DNA of 63,535 bases, counting the filler, from Phoronis australis (lineage: Eukaryota > Animalia > Phoronida), in NCBI GenBank assembly GCA_002633005.1. It is 6 parts of 6 records of this genome, joined end to end, with 100 filler letters (N's around TTAATTAATTAA, not from the genome) between each part and the next. Parts side by side here need not be neighbours in the genome. Positions count along the whole stretch, not along the records: positions 17,823 to 41,041 come from NMRA01000200.1; 5 more parts are not named here. The stretch is one strand, 5' to 3'. The translations under genes and the position numbers were made by a program. Position 1 is the first letter of the stretch. The number at the start of each line of letters is the position of its first letter. This document shows, piece by piece, positions 25,258-38,499 of this stretch. The notes under the pieces are model-generated. The model worked only from the letters and a program-made list of their open reading frames with translations, searched no databases and was not told the origin of the DNA.

Positions 25258-28200
25258 TTTAGGCTGAAATAGAAATTTTCATCTACTAGTGACTATGCTA
25301 TGTATAAAAATCAAACTTAATGTAAACACGTTATTTCAGAACCTTATACCAGATTCAGTTACCACTCCCTTAGCATAAATAAGCTAAGCAAAAAAGAGAA
25401 ACCAATTAGACAGTTTTGCAGATTATAGCTTTGTTTATAGTCAACTATAAAATAATAGAATTATAAAGAATGACAAATTTTTTCTATCATCACCAGTCGC
25501 CTTTTGTTAAAGAAAAAGTTGCCATGGATGCTTTTTTCCTTCATTTTCCCATTTCGCAGAAAAGCTGTCATATACAAAGTTTTTAAATGCAATTAATTTT
25601 TCAGCATTATAATACTCATAAGTGTACGTAACTTGTGAAAATTAGGTATCTTTTTGTGACATCTCTCCTTGTAAATGTACTGTTTGGCAAGTAAAAGCAA
25701 AATGTTACGGTAAAGTCACGCGATTTTCGGACACTGAAAATTAATTCCAATAGAAGAAATTCATTCTTGGACGAATCTCACGAAACATCATTTTTTTGGT
25801 GTCCGACTTTGACGGACTTCCAAATTTGGGTTTCGGCTAGTGTCCCAATTTCGTGGGTGTTCATTATTTCGATGAACTGTCGTAGTATCAACATTGCTGG
25901 CTCGGTCATTTGATAGTAGTATAAGTGCAGGTCAATAAGACTCAAACGGTCTGCGCTATTAATTTTTGAAAATCTGTCTTTCCCAATAAGAAATGTGCGT
26001 TGTCAACGCATAAAGACCGTTCCCGACAAGTGTTGGTTCTTCTTTTCAAAGATGCCCTTTCTCAATATGAAATATTCGGCTTGCATCGCTGATGTAGAAA
26101 ACCGTTCTCGCCAAGTGACGGAATCTTATCAAAAAAGCGCTATCTCACTTGAAATAGCGGGCTGCGTTGTGAAAAGAGTCTTAATGGTGACAAATATGGG
26201 CTTTCCAATGAGTGGGTCTGGTTTGCGTTGTTGACGCACATGAAACGTTCCAGACAACTGATTCTCTTCTCAATATCAACCCACAAAGAGCGCTTCGATA
26301 GGCGCTTTTTTAATACGGTTTCTCAATAAAAAGCTGGACTTGCGTATTCGACACACAAAGAGGGTTTTCGACCATCAAAACATGTGCTTTCTCAATTTTA
26401 ACGAATTTTGCATTAAGCGTAACAGTAATGGATGTGGGAACGAGTTCAATGAAGAAAGTGATGAACAATGACCAGAACATAGTATGTATTTATGTTTGTT
26501 AAACGTATCCATGCATTGTCTGCTGGTTACAAACCGAAACGCAATTTAACTCTGACATGTTTATTTCCATATTAACTGAAAGCTCAGTTTCAACATGAAA
26601 ACTTCGAATGAACAATTATCCAAAATCACGATAGTAAAATGAGTAGTTTCTCATCAACTCGTGATCCCCATTCGTCGTTCTAGTAGTCATCTGAATTGTT
26701 GAAGAAGCGCTGTCGTTTAGGCCTACTGCAAACGATGGGAATACGTCGACTAGTACAGTGGTGCGTGGCTGAAGACAAGATTAACTAACATGTTGTACAT
26801 ATAAGGGCGTTGTCTAGAAAGTGAATGCAATTTCAAATGCTACCAACATCAAATTCATCCAACCGTTTTTTACAATTAAGACGTTTCTCATCCACAGCCT
26901 TTGAAACGTCTGAGGTGACCTAACATATCTGGGTTCGCTTACGTTTTTAACCACAGTGAAAACTCTGACTTGTGAAATCTGTTCGTGGATGAAATGAAAC
27001 TGATAATCGTTAACGCTTTCTGATAATCTGCGTGGAAGATAACAGGGACGTGGTCGTCACCAGTTTAACGCCGTCCACGGTCGTCACGGATTTCGTGCAG
27101 CTCAGTTTCCCTCATTCACTACTTATTTTGCCCCCCCCCCCCCCNCGGCCTCCTGCTGCACACCAATGTCGATTTTTTTTTGTGCCACTAATTCTACAGA
27201 AGTCTGCTAGGTGCACCCCTCTGCCACGACTGTTCTTGCGCACGTTGATACAATAGGCTACTGGGCAGATCACGACTGTTAGAAGAATCGACTAGTGAAT
27301 AGAAAAACGAAAACATTGGGACAGCATGAACTCATCAAGGACACAATTTAAGAACCAGTCTACTATTTATATACTTAATTTTCTTCCTTAATATATACTT
27401 AACCAATTACAATCCATCTATGTCAACCATTTTCATTTCATTGCGTCATATATTTGCTACAGTTACGGAAAATAGTTCTTCCCACAGGTCTCTGCTGATG
27501 GACGTCACACTTATGCTAAAATTTAAAGAATGAACAGTCCCGAGTTTACTGAAGTCTCATTATAAGTACAGAAATATTGTTGAAGAAGAACAGTGACTAA
27601 CTGAAGAGGGGAATACATAACAAAATAAAATATGGAAACACCAAACAAAAATCAAAACAACACTAACCTGTTGCAATAACACCTTAAACGCGAACGTACT
27701 GACCGACTTGCATGAACGGAATGTTAGTTGAACATGTTAGTAGAACAAAACTGTCAATGAAATTTTCATGGTTTACAGGTTTAAGAAGATCCACCGTAGA
27801 TTTCCGTATACAAGTCCAGCAGAATATATGCCCAATTTGCGGATCTTAATTTTTTTCCCTAAAATATACCTGAGATGCATATCTGTGAATAAAAATGCAT
27901 GCTTGAAATCTAAAAATAATGCTATTCCCACTGGAATACAATTAGGGTGAGTTACACTATTTTTCTATGTTCATGTATTCAGCATTGCCGACTATAGGCC
28001 CTGGTATATTTTTACGTAAGACGTTTGGTTTCCCGAACTTACCGTAATCGTTCGGGTTAACGCCCTGGGCGGTTAAATTGGCGAATCCAAAAAATTGGGG
28101 GAGAGCGGTTAAACGAGCAGTGGGCGGTTAAATCGAAAATCCACCTAAAGTAGGGGATGGGCGGTTAACTGAACATGGGCGCTTATTACGACAGACAACC

Positions 28201-29667
28201 GCCCTGGGTGGTTAATCTTACCTGGCGATCTAAATCCCGACATGACAATCATACTCGGAACGCGTAGCCCTTTTCAAAGAGCTTTATCGTCACATCGCCA
28301 AATGACTGTGAAAACATCATAACAGCGGATGATCCAAACAAAGGTTCTCTTGCCTTCAGATTAGTCATTCACTATTAAATTTACAAAATTGCTGAGTACT
28401 AGCCCCGTCCCGTCCTGCGGTGCGCAGACGACCAGTGACCTCGCAGCCTCCACTAGAATTAAAACTGTTTGAAGATGTGACCCTGCTTAAGTGCACGCGT
28501 GCGAGCTTCACGTGTTGCAGAGGTCAGACATCAAATTCATGGTTAGTCTCGTACTATATGTAGCTGTCAAGTTCCGACTCAGAGAGCAGTTTTAAAATTG
28601 GTTGTAATAAAAGTTTGAAAAACTTAACTCTGTTGTTTTTTTGTGTTCGGGATGTTATAGTCGAGACTCCGTGACTCAATGACATTAATTTTCAGCGTAT
28701 GGTTCTGCGGCTAGCTGTCTTATCTCGACAGCCCGGCATTGCTCTCTTGCCGTTGCGCCAAACATGCTATGCAAAGAAGTAAGACAAGGATCGGGTGGTG
28801 GTCGAGCCAGTCGTCGATCAAGAATAAAATTTCAAGCAACTGCATAAATATGTTACAAAATGTCAGAAAACAGCAATGTTTCAATTCATTATTCTAAACG
28901 ATCACCTTACCAAACTTCGTGGTGGAAAAACATTTATTTTTTATGCAAGATGTCCAGATTATCCTATTTATATCACTTGTAATATCGCTGTTATCGCGCA
29001 ATGTCTCAGTCGGCTGACAATCGTGACTTGGAAATGCCGTCAAGTAATATAACGGCCTCTTTCAATATGCATCTCGTTTTTTATGGCCAAAGATAGTGGC
29101 GGTATTCAGCACGCACGTAGGGCATACGTGTGAGTCACCTGTCAATCACATGTTGGTGTCAAGGTAACATGCACTCCAAAGTGTGGGAACTTGCGCACGT
29201 GCACCACTACAAATCAGTCACACATACCGACAGTCCGAAGTAACAACAAGAGCAACGCAGAGCGTTGAAATGCGCCCACAATTGCACCGTATACGGTATA
29301 CTTCTAGGGTTGTTTATTGGTACCATAAAGTGGCCAGTAGAGGGCATATATGTAGTATGTTGTACTTTGCAAAATGTAAAGGCATGGTCACTGTCTCCTC
29401 AATAGGCTAGGGGCAAAATGTGAGTGATCTTCATAATACAAGCACATCCTATACATCAGTTGCTTAAAGCACCACAAAAACATAGACAAATTTACCACCA
29501 TAAAGATCCGGAGATACAGCCATGGGCGCCAAAAAAAAACTGCCACTAGGAGGCGCCACAGTAATCAAAGTCATGGGAAATTCAGCGTGAACCGTCCTCT
29601 TCATAGTAAGAACATACATGCCCAATTTTCACAATCATACTTAGAGCGGTTTGATTGATAGAGGGGT

Positions 29668-30276
29668 NNNNNNNNNNNNNNNNNNNNNNNNNNNNNNNNN
29701 NNNNNNNNNNNNNNNNNNNNNNNNNNNNNNNNNNNNNNNNNNNNNNNNNNNNNNNNNNNNNNNNNNNNNNNNNNNNNNNNNNNNNNNNNNNNNNNNNNNN
29801 NNNNNNNNNNNNNNNNNNNNNNNNNNNNNNNNNNNNNNNNNNNNNNNNNNNNNNNNNNNNNNNNNNNNNNNNNNNNNNNNNNNNNNNNNNNNNNNNNNNN
29901 NNNNNNNNNNNNNNNNNNNNNNNNNNNNNNNNNNNNNNNNNNNNNNNNNNNNNNNNNNNNNNNNNNNNNNNNNNNNNNNNNNNNNNNNNNNNNNNNNNNN
30001 NNNNNNNNNNNNNNNNNNNNNNNNNNNNNNNNNNNNNNNNNNNNNNNNNNNNNNNNNNNNNNNNNNNNNNNNNNNNNNNNNNNNNNNNNNNNNNNNNNNN
30101 NNNNNNNNNNNNNNNNNNNNNNNNNNNNNNNNNNNNNNNNNNNNNNNNNNNNNNNNNNNNNNNNNNNNNNNNNNNNNNNNNNNNNNNNNNNNNNNNNNNN
30201 NNNNNNNNNNNNNNNNNNNNNNNNNNNNNNNNNNNNNNNNNNNNNNNNNNNNNNNNNNNNNNNNNNNNNNNNNNNN
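29668..30276. other. Scaffold gap (N run) between two repeat copies
   Basis: Plain N run flanked by a HINE fragment and a hAT MITE. Confidence 0.97.
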
Positions 30277-30755
30277 CAGGATTTCGAAAATAGGGTGTCC
30301 AAAATGAGGTTCCCAATATTCCAGGGCGTCCATAATTCCGACGCGTAACCCCCCATCCCCAGCAATCCCCCCAAACACACAGATTTTTTTTACAAAAAAA
30401 TCCATAGACCAAGGTTTTTCATCTAAGTTTACAAAACAGCCTTCTGTAGTGAGCATTTTTAATAAAAAATTGGTGTAGACCAAGACTTTTACAATGCTAT
30501 CAACCAAGTGTGAGCATAGCAACATTGTATATACTTTGTATATACAATGTATATTTCTTCCTGCTTTGAAAAAGAGCCCCCACTGTGAGCCTTCAGAGGC
30601 TTCCTAGTAATCATTACAATGTGTGTGTCCAAACTTGAAAGGTTCCTATTGACAATGGGCGTCCAAATGATACATTGGGCGTCCTTGCCAGGGCGTCCAT
30701 ATTAGTGCTGAGGCGTCCATTTGGACGCCCAGGACGTACGCTGCATGAAGGCCTG
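30277..30755. mobile_element. hAT-type MITE, same family, left end lost in the N gap
   Basis: Internal sequence matches 5625-6093 and ends GCATGAAGGCCTG. Confidence 0.85.
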
Positions 30756-31504
30756 TACCTGTATTGTAATTCAGATTGCTAAACCACCGTCTCGGAGTCC
30801 CGGCGTCGCTGCACTCATTGTGATAGTCAATCTTTTTCTAAAAGTCGGGGAATCGCGCGTTTCCTTAGCACTAGGCGCTAAATCTTCATTCTTTAAAAGT
30901 CGGGGATGGGCGCTTAACCGAGAGGTGGGCGCTTAACTGGAAATCTTCAAAAATCGCAGGGGGGCGCTTAATCGAGCAGTAGGCGGTTAACTGAGCATGG
31001 GCGTTAACCCGAACGATTACGGTATAAACGGAAATCGCTGGTAATACTTCCCAAAATTATTTACACTTGCTGCAAGTAAGGCATCACCTCGGGTAAAAAT
31101 AGAAGAATAATAATTAGAAAATGTAACAGTCGTCTCTTTCGAATCAAACACAATTAAATACAGTATAGCTGAAATACCTCTAAAACTATCTTAAGTAATA
31201 CAAAATGCATGGTCTGTAGTTTAAGATCATGTTTCTTTTTTGTCTCAAAACTATCAACTGAAGGCGGTGACATGGACAAGAAGACCAGGCCCTGTGGAAA
31301 GTATAGATGAAACTCCAGGTCAGAAACACTTATAAGGTCCCAGGCTCGTTGCAGGTCTTGATATATTCTTGTTAGCCTACCCCTAGGACCACAAGAAGCA
31401 ACGACTATCAATTCTGATTCAACTGACTTATCATTTTTCGAAATGATTGGTGGAGGATTTTCTTACGGTCGCATCAGACAGAGATCGAGTGCCACAGGGG
31501 CCCG

Positions 31505-31649
31505 CATGGGCGGCGCAGCATTGAAAATAGTGGGGGGGCTAAAGCCCCACAGCCCCCTGTGGTGCATCGCCTATTGACCATGCGTGGCGTAGCACTGAAA
31601 AAAGTGGGGGTTATAGCACCCCCCAGCCTCCTATGGTGCGCCGCCCATG
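31505..31649. mobile_element. Short GC-rich MITE-like dimer (CATGGGCGGCGCA...TGCGCCGCCCATG)
   Basis: 13-bp TIR and two internal units of about 70 bp; homologs at 59460-59596 and about 38080-38130. Confidence 0.65.
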
Positions 31650-33108
31650 TCCCGGTGTCCTCAGTTGTCAGGATTTATCTTAATCTCGGGACACCGTGGA
31701 GTCCAGGTTGTTGTACCTCAGACGGTACAAGGCGCGAATTAACACGACCACAAGTACACAGACCAATGGATGAGCAAGCAAAATTGGGTCGCCGCAAATT
31801 CAATCTTTTTTAGGTCTACATAGGGGTAAAGCTCGTAACGCTAGGACTTCGCTAAAAAACAAGAATTCGTGAAATTATGTGACATATTGTGTATATTAAT
31901 TGAAAACGTGATTTTGGCTAGATTTTTCTATTCTCAAGACAGCTACTGAACTCTACCCTAGTCTTCGTACAGGGGCGCATGGGTGAGAATCTCACGAGCA
32001 CGCTAGACTGAAGACTTCGAGACGTACGGTTGGTCAAGTATTGCAAGCAAAGCACACAATCACACTAGCTTCTTTAGCGAGATTCTTGCATCTGCGATGC
32101 TGGTCAGAGACAGAGAATTTGTAAGGGTAGTGAAGCGTGGTTACGTGGATTTATATCAGTTTTTGATAAGTGTTACAGTACATAACATAAGGCAAGGATG
32201 CAATGTCTCTGTAACAATTGTGTGTGCGCCAGTGCGCCGTTCTGAGTGCTGGGCCTTGCACTGCCAAACACATTACACGAATGAGCACTACCAAGAAGAC
32301 ACTGAAAAACGAAAGACGTTTGAACTGCATACAGATTTTTAATGAAAAATTTTCGTTTCAACCCAAAAATTTTGTTGTCAGAAGCACTGAATGTAGTCAG
32401 TATTGGCTCATTCCTTGCTAACTGTCCCACTCAAAATTATTAAGCAAGCCCAGAATGGCTGCACAAAGATTTCAATCATTAGCCGAGATGCAGGTAAGTG
32501 GCAGCAAAACTTATTGTCCGACGATAGTTGGGCATTTGCAAAGGCCAGGACGTTTTAACAATAAAAAAGTTTCGTAAACACCAAGTTGATGTCGGGCGTG
32601 CAAGTTCAATGTCACAGTCGGAAGTCGAACAGCACGGTCTAATTAAACCAGAGCACATGTTACGCTACAACGAAGTTGCAGCCTTCGGTGTATTTCCTAT
32701 TTGTATTTTCATCAGAAATTTTTGTCATGCGGGACTCGGTGATTCTTTTCATAGCTAAAGTGCCAAACACAAGCTAAACGCAAGACAATCGAGTAACAGT
32801 CGTGACGTCAAGACAAGGTAAAAATTACAAAGCCTGTTATACCGATTCTTGTATTCAAGCCTTATACAATAGTAATCATGCGCTTTAGTGACACAGGAGT
32901 TGCGTCGATCCCAAATTACCATTTCTAAAATTTTCCTTGTCCGAAAGTCGAGGGACAAAAATCCGATGTTTATGACATTGTCTGAAATTTGAGGATCATT
33001 GAAAAACAGTTTTTGGACCTTGTACAAATTCCGTGGACTATGAAAAACACATTTCGGAAGTATTTATTCTTGGTCAAAAATGGCGGGCCGTCCGAAAATC
33101 GCACGACT

Positions 33109-33545
33109 TTACCATAAATAGAAAATCGTGCTTCTCATAAAGTCCAAGAATAACACGTTTGTAAGAGAGACAGTTGGGAAGATGAATGAGACACTTGTTG
33201 CAATAATCCTGTATAATATTCTAAATTGGAACCATCTAATGTTGGGATCCTTTGTAAATTCATAAGGCAATGCATACATTTTCTTCCAATCTAAACTATC
33301 TCCTAACTCTATTTCGAATTTACACTCTGACTTAGGTTTCTTAACGTTATTAAAGACTGAACAAATATGTCTACAACCTTTCAAATCTTTCTGTAAATGA
33401 CTAATTGCTAAAGCCATGCAAGGAGAGAAGACATTAACACTATTAAATTTACTTTGAAATAGACTTTTTTGAAACCTTAGAACAGAAACAACACCATTAT
33501 AATCAACAAAGTTGGTTTTACATCGAACCCATTCTTCCACTTAAC
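33109..33545 (-). mobile_element. L1/Tx1-type LINE ORF2 C-terminal fragment
   Basis: DWKKMYALPY..TKDPNIRWFQFRILYRIIAT resembles the conserved segment preceding the zf-RVT knuckle. Confidence 0.75.
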
Positions 33546-33631
33546 TCAGCATTAACACTATATGAGAAGTGTACAAGTTCGTGTCTGAACTCGAAAGTTC
33601 AACATTTCACTCTAAATACAGCTTGAGTTCT

Positions 33632-34905
33632 TATTACTTGGCGAAATTTATTTCGCCAAGTAATGTTGCTCTTCCACTAAGTTTGTTTTTTACTTGGCGA
33701 AATAAATTTCGCCAAGTATATTGCTCTGACACTATGTTTGTTTTTTTTTTGTTTTTTTTTTTTTGTTTGTTCGCACGATACAGGTCGCAATTTTCGTCCG
33801 ATCATCACGAAATTTACACACAACACGTACTTCCGGAAGTACTGGAAGCCTATGGTTTTTCGTCAAAATCGGATCTAAGATGGCGGCTGTGGTGGCCATT
33901 TTGTTTCCATTTAAAGGTTCAAATGCTTCTGGAGGCTACAATTTTTTATGTACAGAGTTGAAACTCGGCACAATTATTGGAATGGACGTGCGCTACAAAT
34001 ATACCGGAAATTGTTTACTTCCGTTTAAAGATAGCGGAAATATCGGCGCACTTCGATTTTGGCCTAAAAACATTTTCTCCTGTAGAGGGCACATTATAGG
34101 GCCAATTCCTTCGAATTTTTGCAGGTGTTAGTTTCTTATGACTTGCTATTACACCGAGCCAAGAAACCGGAAGTTGCTTTCAAGATGGCAGATATGGCGC
34201 ATGTTGACCCATTTTCAGTCTTGTTAGAGTGCCATTTTAAACGGGAAGAGAAAAAGACGTGATTTTGCATGTGGATTCTCTGAGGTATACTCTTTCAAAT
34301 GACCTTCAACAATTTTTCTCAGACTTACCGTTTTCGAGTTATTTGACTTTGAATTTCAAAAAAAACGCAAATTCATTTTTTTCGAAAAACTTACGGAATT
34401 AGGTGATACCATCAGTTTAGAAAGAATTTTGAACGGACTTTCAGAAGATGTTCTCCATTTTTCGCTACGACGACTACTTTTTGAATTATTCGAGATTTTC
34501 TGATAACACTGTTCCTTTGTTGAGCGCTCTTGCTGCATTGATGTTGGTTTAGTTTCTATTGAACAAGAGTGTGGCCTATTTCTTGCTGATTTATGAAATC
34601 TAAGTGCTTCATATGAATGTTATTATGTTGTTCAGCATCATCACCATCGTCATCATATTTGTCATCTTCGTCATCATCTCCGTCGTCGTCTTTTCAGTTT
34701 ATTTCGCCAAGTGTCATTCAAGATTGTAGCCTATACTTACTGATGTCTAGCCTCAACGTTCGTCTTGTGAATGTTATCATTACTTGAATTTTTCATCATC
34801 GCCACCATCGTTGTCATATTTGTCATCTTCGTCATCATCTCTATCGTCGTCTTTTCTGTTAATTTCGCCAAGTGTCGCTGCTCGGAGCGCTTTCATTCTA
34901 ATTTG
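33632..34905 (+). mobile_element. Second HINE-like family element (TTTCGCCAAGT subterminal repeats)
   Basis: 5' hairpin TTACTTGGCGAAAT..ATTTCGCCAAGTA present twice, then a T-rich tract, and 3' (CAT/CGT)-rich repeats each ending ATTTCGCCAAGTGTC. Confidence 0.7.
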
Positions 34906-35116
34906 TAGCTCAAACGCATAGGACCATCAAGAGCGAGCTTGGATTAGGCATTCATCAACTGATCAACAAGGCTTGGAATGATTAATGACAAAAAAGAAGA
35001 AAATTTTCAAGGTGACGCATCAATTCAATGTTTTCTGTGCTGTAAAATTAAACTGAAAGAAATGTTTTTGCACAAATGAAGTCAAAATAATAAATAAAAG
35101 TGTCTGCTTTACGTGC

Positions 35117-35308
35117 TTTATGGCATGCGCGCGTGGCCGAGTTATGTGTGGGAAAAACAATGATTACCATATGGCGTAATGTGTAAGAAGAGGAGCAAAT
35201 TCAAAGTATGTTCTGTACACAAACTACTAACCAGTCTCAAAGTAGATTTACACCTGAAACAATGTTGTTTCAGATTCAGATTGACTCTCTCTTACACCAC
35301 TTTCCACA
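35117..35308 (+). repeat. Direct repeat copy 1 (about 190 bp)
   Basis: Closely matches 37436-37634. Confidence 0.9.
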
Positions 35309-36438
35309 TTATGAATGGAAAATAACTTAAACAACTAGATGACGATGACATCAACACTTGGATCTCAGCCCGGGTGCCGGCTCCGATGCCGCAGTGGAAC
35401 TCAAATTTCAGTTAGACACTGAAACTGCCAAACTTACAATGATGTAAATTTTTCACCGCATGTTTTAACATTTGTAATGCCTTGCTTATGGCATATGTAT
35501 CAGAGAACGATACCGTAAATAAAACAACGCAAGGTCATGGGTTGACAGTTTGAACGTAAAAGCGTAGAATCTTCCCCTTGATTGTAGTGGCGCAGTACAA
35601 GCAACAAAAGTGTATAAACTATGCCACAATCGTAGTGGTTGGCACTCCTCTGCATAAAGGCAGAATGAGCAATTAGGGTGAACATGCATGGACGGACTAT
35701 GCCCAGGCCCCATATACGCGAACAAGTTTTGAAAATAACTTTTTTCTTTCTGCTTACAAAAATGCACCTTCATCCACGTGAATAGTTTCCACACCATCTT
35801 TTATGAATCACAATTCTATGTGTGGGTTATTGTTGCCATATCGTTGCTAAAACAATTTCGGTCTACACATAGTTTTGTGTCAATTCATTTATATCTTGTG
35901 TGTTTTCGCATTAAAAACCACATGCGGACGAAGTGCGTATTCGGAAAAAGTTGTGTTTTCAAAAAATATCTAATCGTTTACAAGAAATATCTACTATGCA
36001 TATGCATGTAAACAAATCAAGGCCTACAACAATAAGGTATCCTGTCAGTCATTGGCCAGTTTGCCTCCGGCATTCTTATGTCACACGGGGTGAATAAATC
36101 AAAAATATGTCTGCTTACCATAATAATCAGGCAATTTCAGCTATTGAGAATGAACTTACAGGTAACACGGGCACAGTACATCAATTGTGGAAGCTGAGAT
36201 ACAGGTCTGCTCAGTAATTAAGAACAACAAAGAAGGAGCGTCGTTGCCTATATCGGCGTGATTCGCAATATAATCAATGATCGCGCCAACACTGGTTGTT
36301 CCAAATCTGCCCTTGCCATAAGTGGGCATCCAAACCAGCAGTGTTCTGTCGACACTGGGTGTCCTAAGGCTGTTCTGAGCATACTTGCCAGGTCATCCAA
36401 ATTTGAGCTTGGGCGTCCCTCGATACTAACCAGTCATC

Positions 36439-37056
36439 ATGACCAGGCCACGGGAGCTTTATCTCGATTTTTTAGAGCTCTCTAGCTGGCCCCAGTCGAT
36501 GTCTTTAATTTCTTCTAACTCGAACACTTATTCCCATAATCGAAAGGCACAGATGGAGCCCATTGTTGCAACGGACGGCTCACCAAGAGATGACACTACA
36601 GCTTGGGCAGTTGTTGCTTGGACTCGCGAGGGTCAACGCCTTTTCGAATGGTCAACAGCACGGGTTGGAAAATCCTCGTCTTTTAGAGCTGAATTTGAAA
36701 CATATGAAGACGCCCTAGTCTGGCTCTCACAGAACACAACACCTGCAGACAGATCATTTCTACTTACAGACTCCCTCAGCCTCATTAGCAGGCTAAAAAC
36801 TGGTCATGTGAAAGATTCTTGGAACCCTCTGTTCAGCTCTATTAATGGTCTCATCACCAGTGTTTATATACCAGGACATTGTGGCATCTCATTCAACGTA
36901 AAGGCGGATGAGCTTGCAGACATCGCAGAACCGATTGCCGACCTGCTCCTCACACCAGCAGATGTAATCTCCAGAGTGCGTGAATCGCTTACAGATGCCG
37001 AGATTGTACAACAGCAGGAGAGATGGGCAACAAAGCACCTCATAGAGCAAGGATGA
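36439..37056 (+). mobile_element. RNase H domain of a non-LTR retrotransposon remnant
   Basis: Motifs ATDGS / SSFRAE / LLTDSLS / YIPGHCGISFNVKADELA match retroelement RNase HI (D-E-D-H-D); the upstream region has no long ORF. Confidence 0.88.
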
Positions 37057-37435
37057 CAATACGGAGATGCAGCAAAAACTCGTATCAGGGTAAAAGATCA
37101 ATAGGTGTGTAACTAGCACGAACTTGGTTGCATCTCCAAATTTACATTGCGTGCGATACAGGAAGGAGGAGGGCCAGAGACCATCCCAGTGCCTTACCCT
37201 CTGACGTCACCACAGAAACAAACAGAAACAGATTGGCAGTCAGGCTTGCTAATCTCAAAATCACACAAAAGATCTTGGAATTCCAAGTTCACACAACACA
37301 CACTTTTGCGTGATCTTGAGATTAAGTTAAGTGATATTAGTTCACGTACAGCATAATTCAATAATCTGGTACTGCGCCCGGAAAGGCAAAGCCAAAGAGC
37401 AGACTGCTTTACATAGTCTTGACAGTTTGACTTAG

Positions 37436-37634
37436 TTTATGGCATGCGCGCGTGGCCGAGTTATGTGTGGGAAAACCTATGATTACCGTATGGCGTAATG
37501 TGTAAGACGAGGAGCAAATTCAAAGTATGTTCTGTACACGACAAAGTTGATACTAACCAGTCTCAAAGTAGATTTACACCTGCACTAATGTTGTTTCAGA
37601 TTCAGATTGCCAGTCTCTTACATCACTTTCCACA
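37436..37634 (+). repeat. Direct repeat copy 2
   Basis: Closely matches 35117-35308 with a few substitutions and indels. Confidence 0.9.
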
Positions 37635-38499
37635 ACGTGGCGCTCAATACAATCGCAAAGTGATGTTTGAGCGTACGACACAAATAAAGAGTTCTCAAAT
37701 AAAATTTAAAAATATTCAAAACAAAAGAGGTGTTTTAAAGTATAATTTTTCATCTATTAAAACGAAACAAGAGAATTATTGTGCAAAGAGTGATTCTGTC
37801 CATTTATAGATTTACGACAATATACTTACAGCACAGAGATCAAAGAGCGGCACGGAAACAAACTTGGGTTGTGCCTTTGGCTTTATGGGTCATGTGTTGG
37901 GCAATGAATGAGCATCGCGTTGTTTGCTAGTGTATTTGATGAGAATCCTTGAAATCACGTTAACAGTTATACTGNNNNNNNNNNNNNNNNNNNNNNNNNN
38001 NNNNNNNNNNNNNNNNNNNNNNNNNCTGAAAAAAGGCCCCCCCCCCCCAGCCCCCGTGGTACTCCGCCTGGCACAGACCCAGGGCGGCGCAGCACTAAAA
38101 AAATGGGGGGCTCTAGCCCCTATGGTACACTTCCCGTGGAGAATGAGTTGAGTCAATCCAGTCTGAGGCAGAGAGGAGGACCCCGTCCCGGGACTAGGAG
38201 TAGGAGATGTTAGATTTTGCGGGGTGGACAGTGCCACCATCTCGACTGGCCCATACATAAGTTAACTTCATAAGCCCACAGGATTGGCTAAATCGCTTGA
38301 TTAGCAACCTTGCAATCATGGAATAGCACGCCATTCTGCAATTGTTAGATTAGCAACTATAGCGCTGATATAATTGCAGATTAATGTCCAACATTCAACA
38401 ACTGGCACAACGTCAGTCTGACAAGCGTCAATCACCTTGGCAGTTGTGGGAATGCAAATGGTGCCCCTAGCGGTCTCCTGGCTTGACTATGAAGCTGAG

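Larger units (their letters stand above)
28042..31022. mobile_element. Non-autonomous Tc1/mariner-superfamily (Tc2/pogo-like) element with nested insertions
   Basis: Perfect 24-bp TIR CCGTAATCGTTCGGGTTAACGCCC flanked by TA on both sides, with subterminal GGGCG(G/C)TTAA repeats; no transposase ORF seen. Confidence 0.8.

Noticed and set aside
26285-26312. GC hairpin plus T-run resembling a rho-independent terminator
   Set aside because: Eukaryotic locus with no bacterial-type gene upstream
29582-30525. Long ORFs of 212-294 aa in the ORF track
   Set aside because: They read through the N gap (poly-X) and are artefacts
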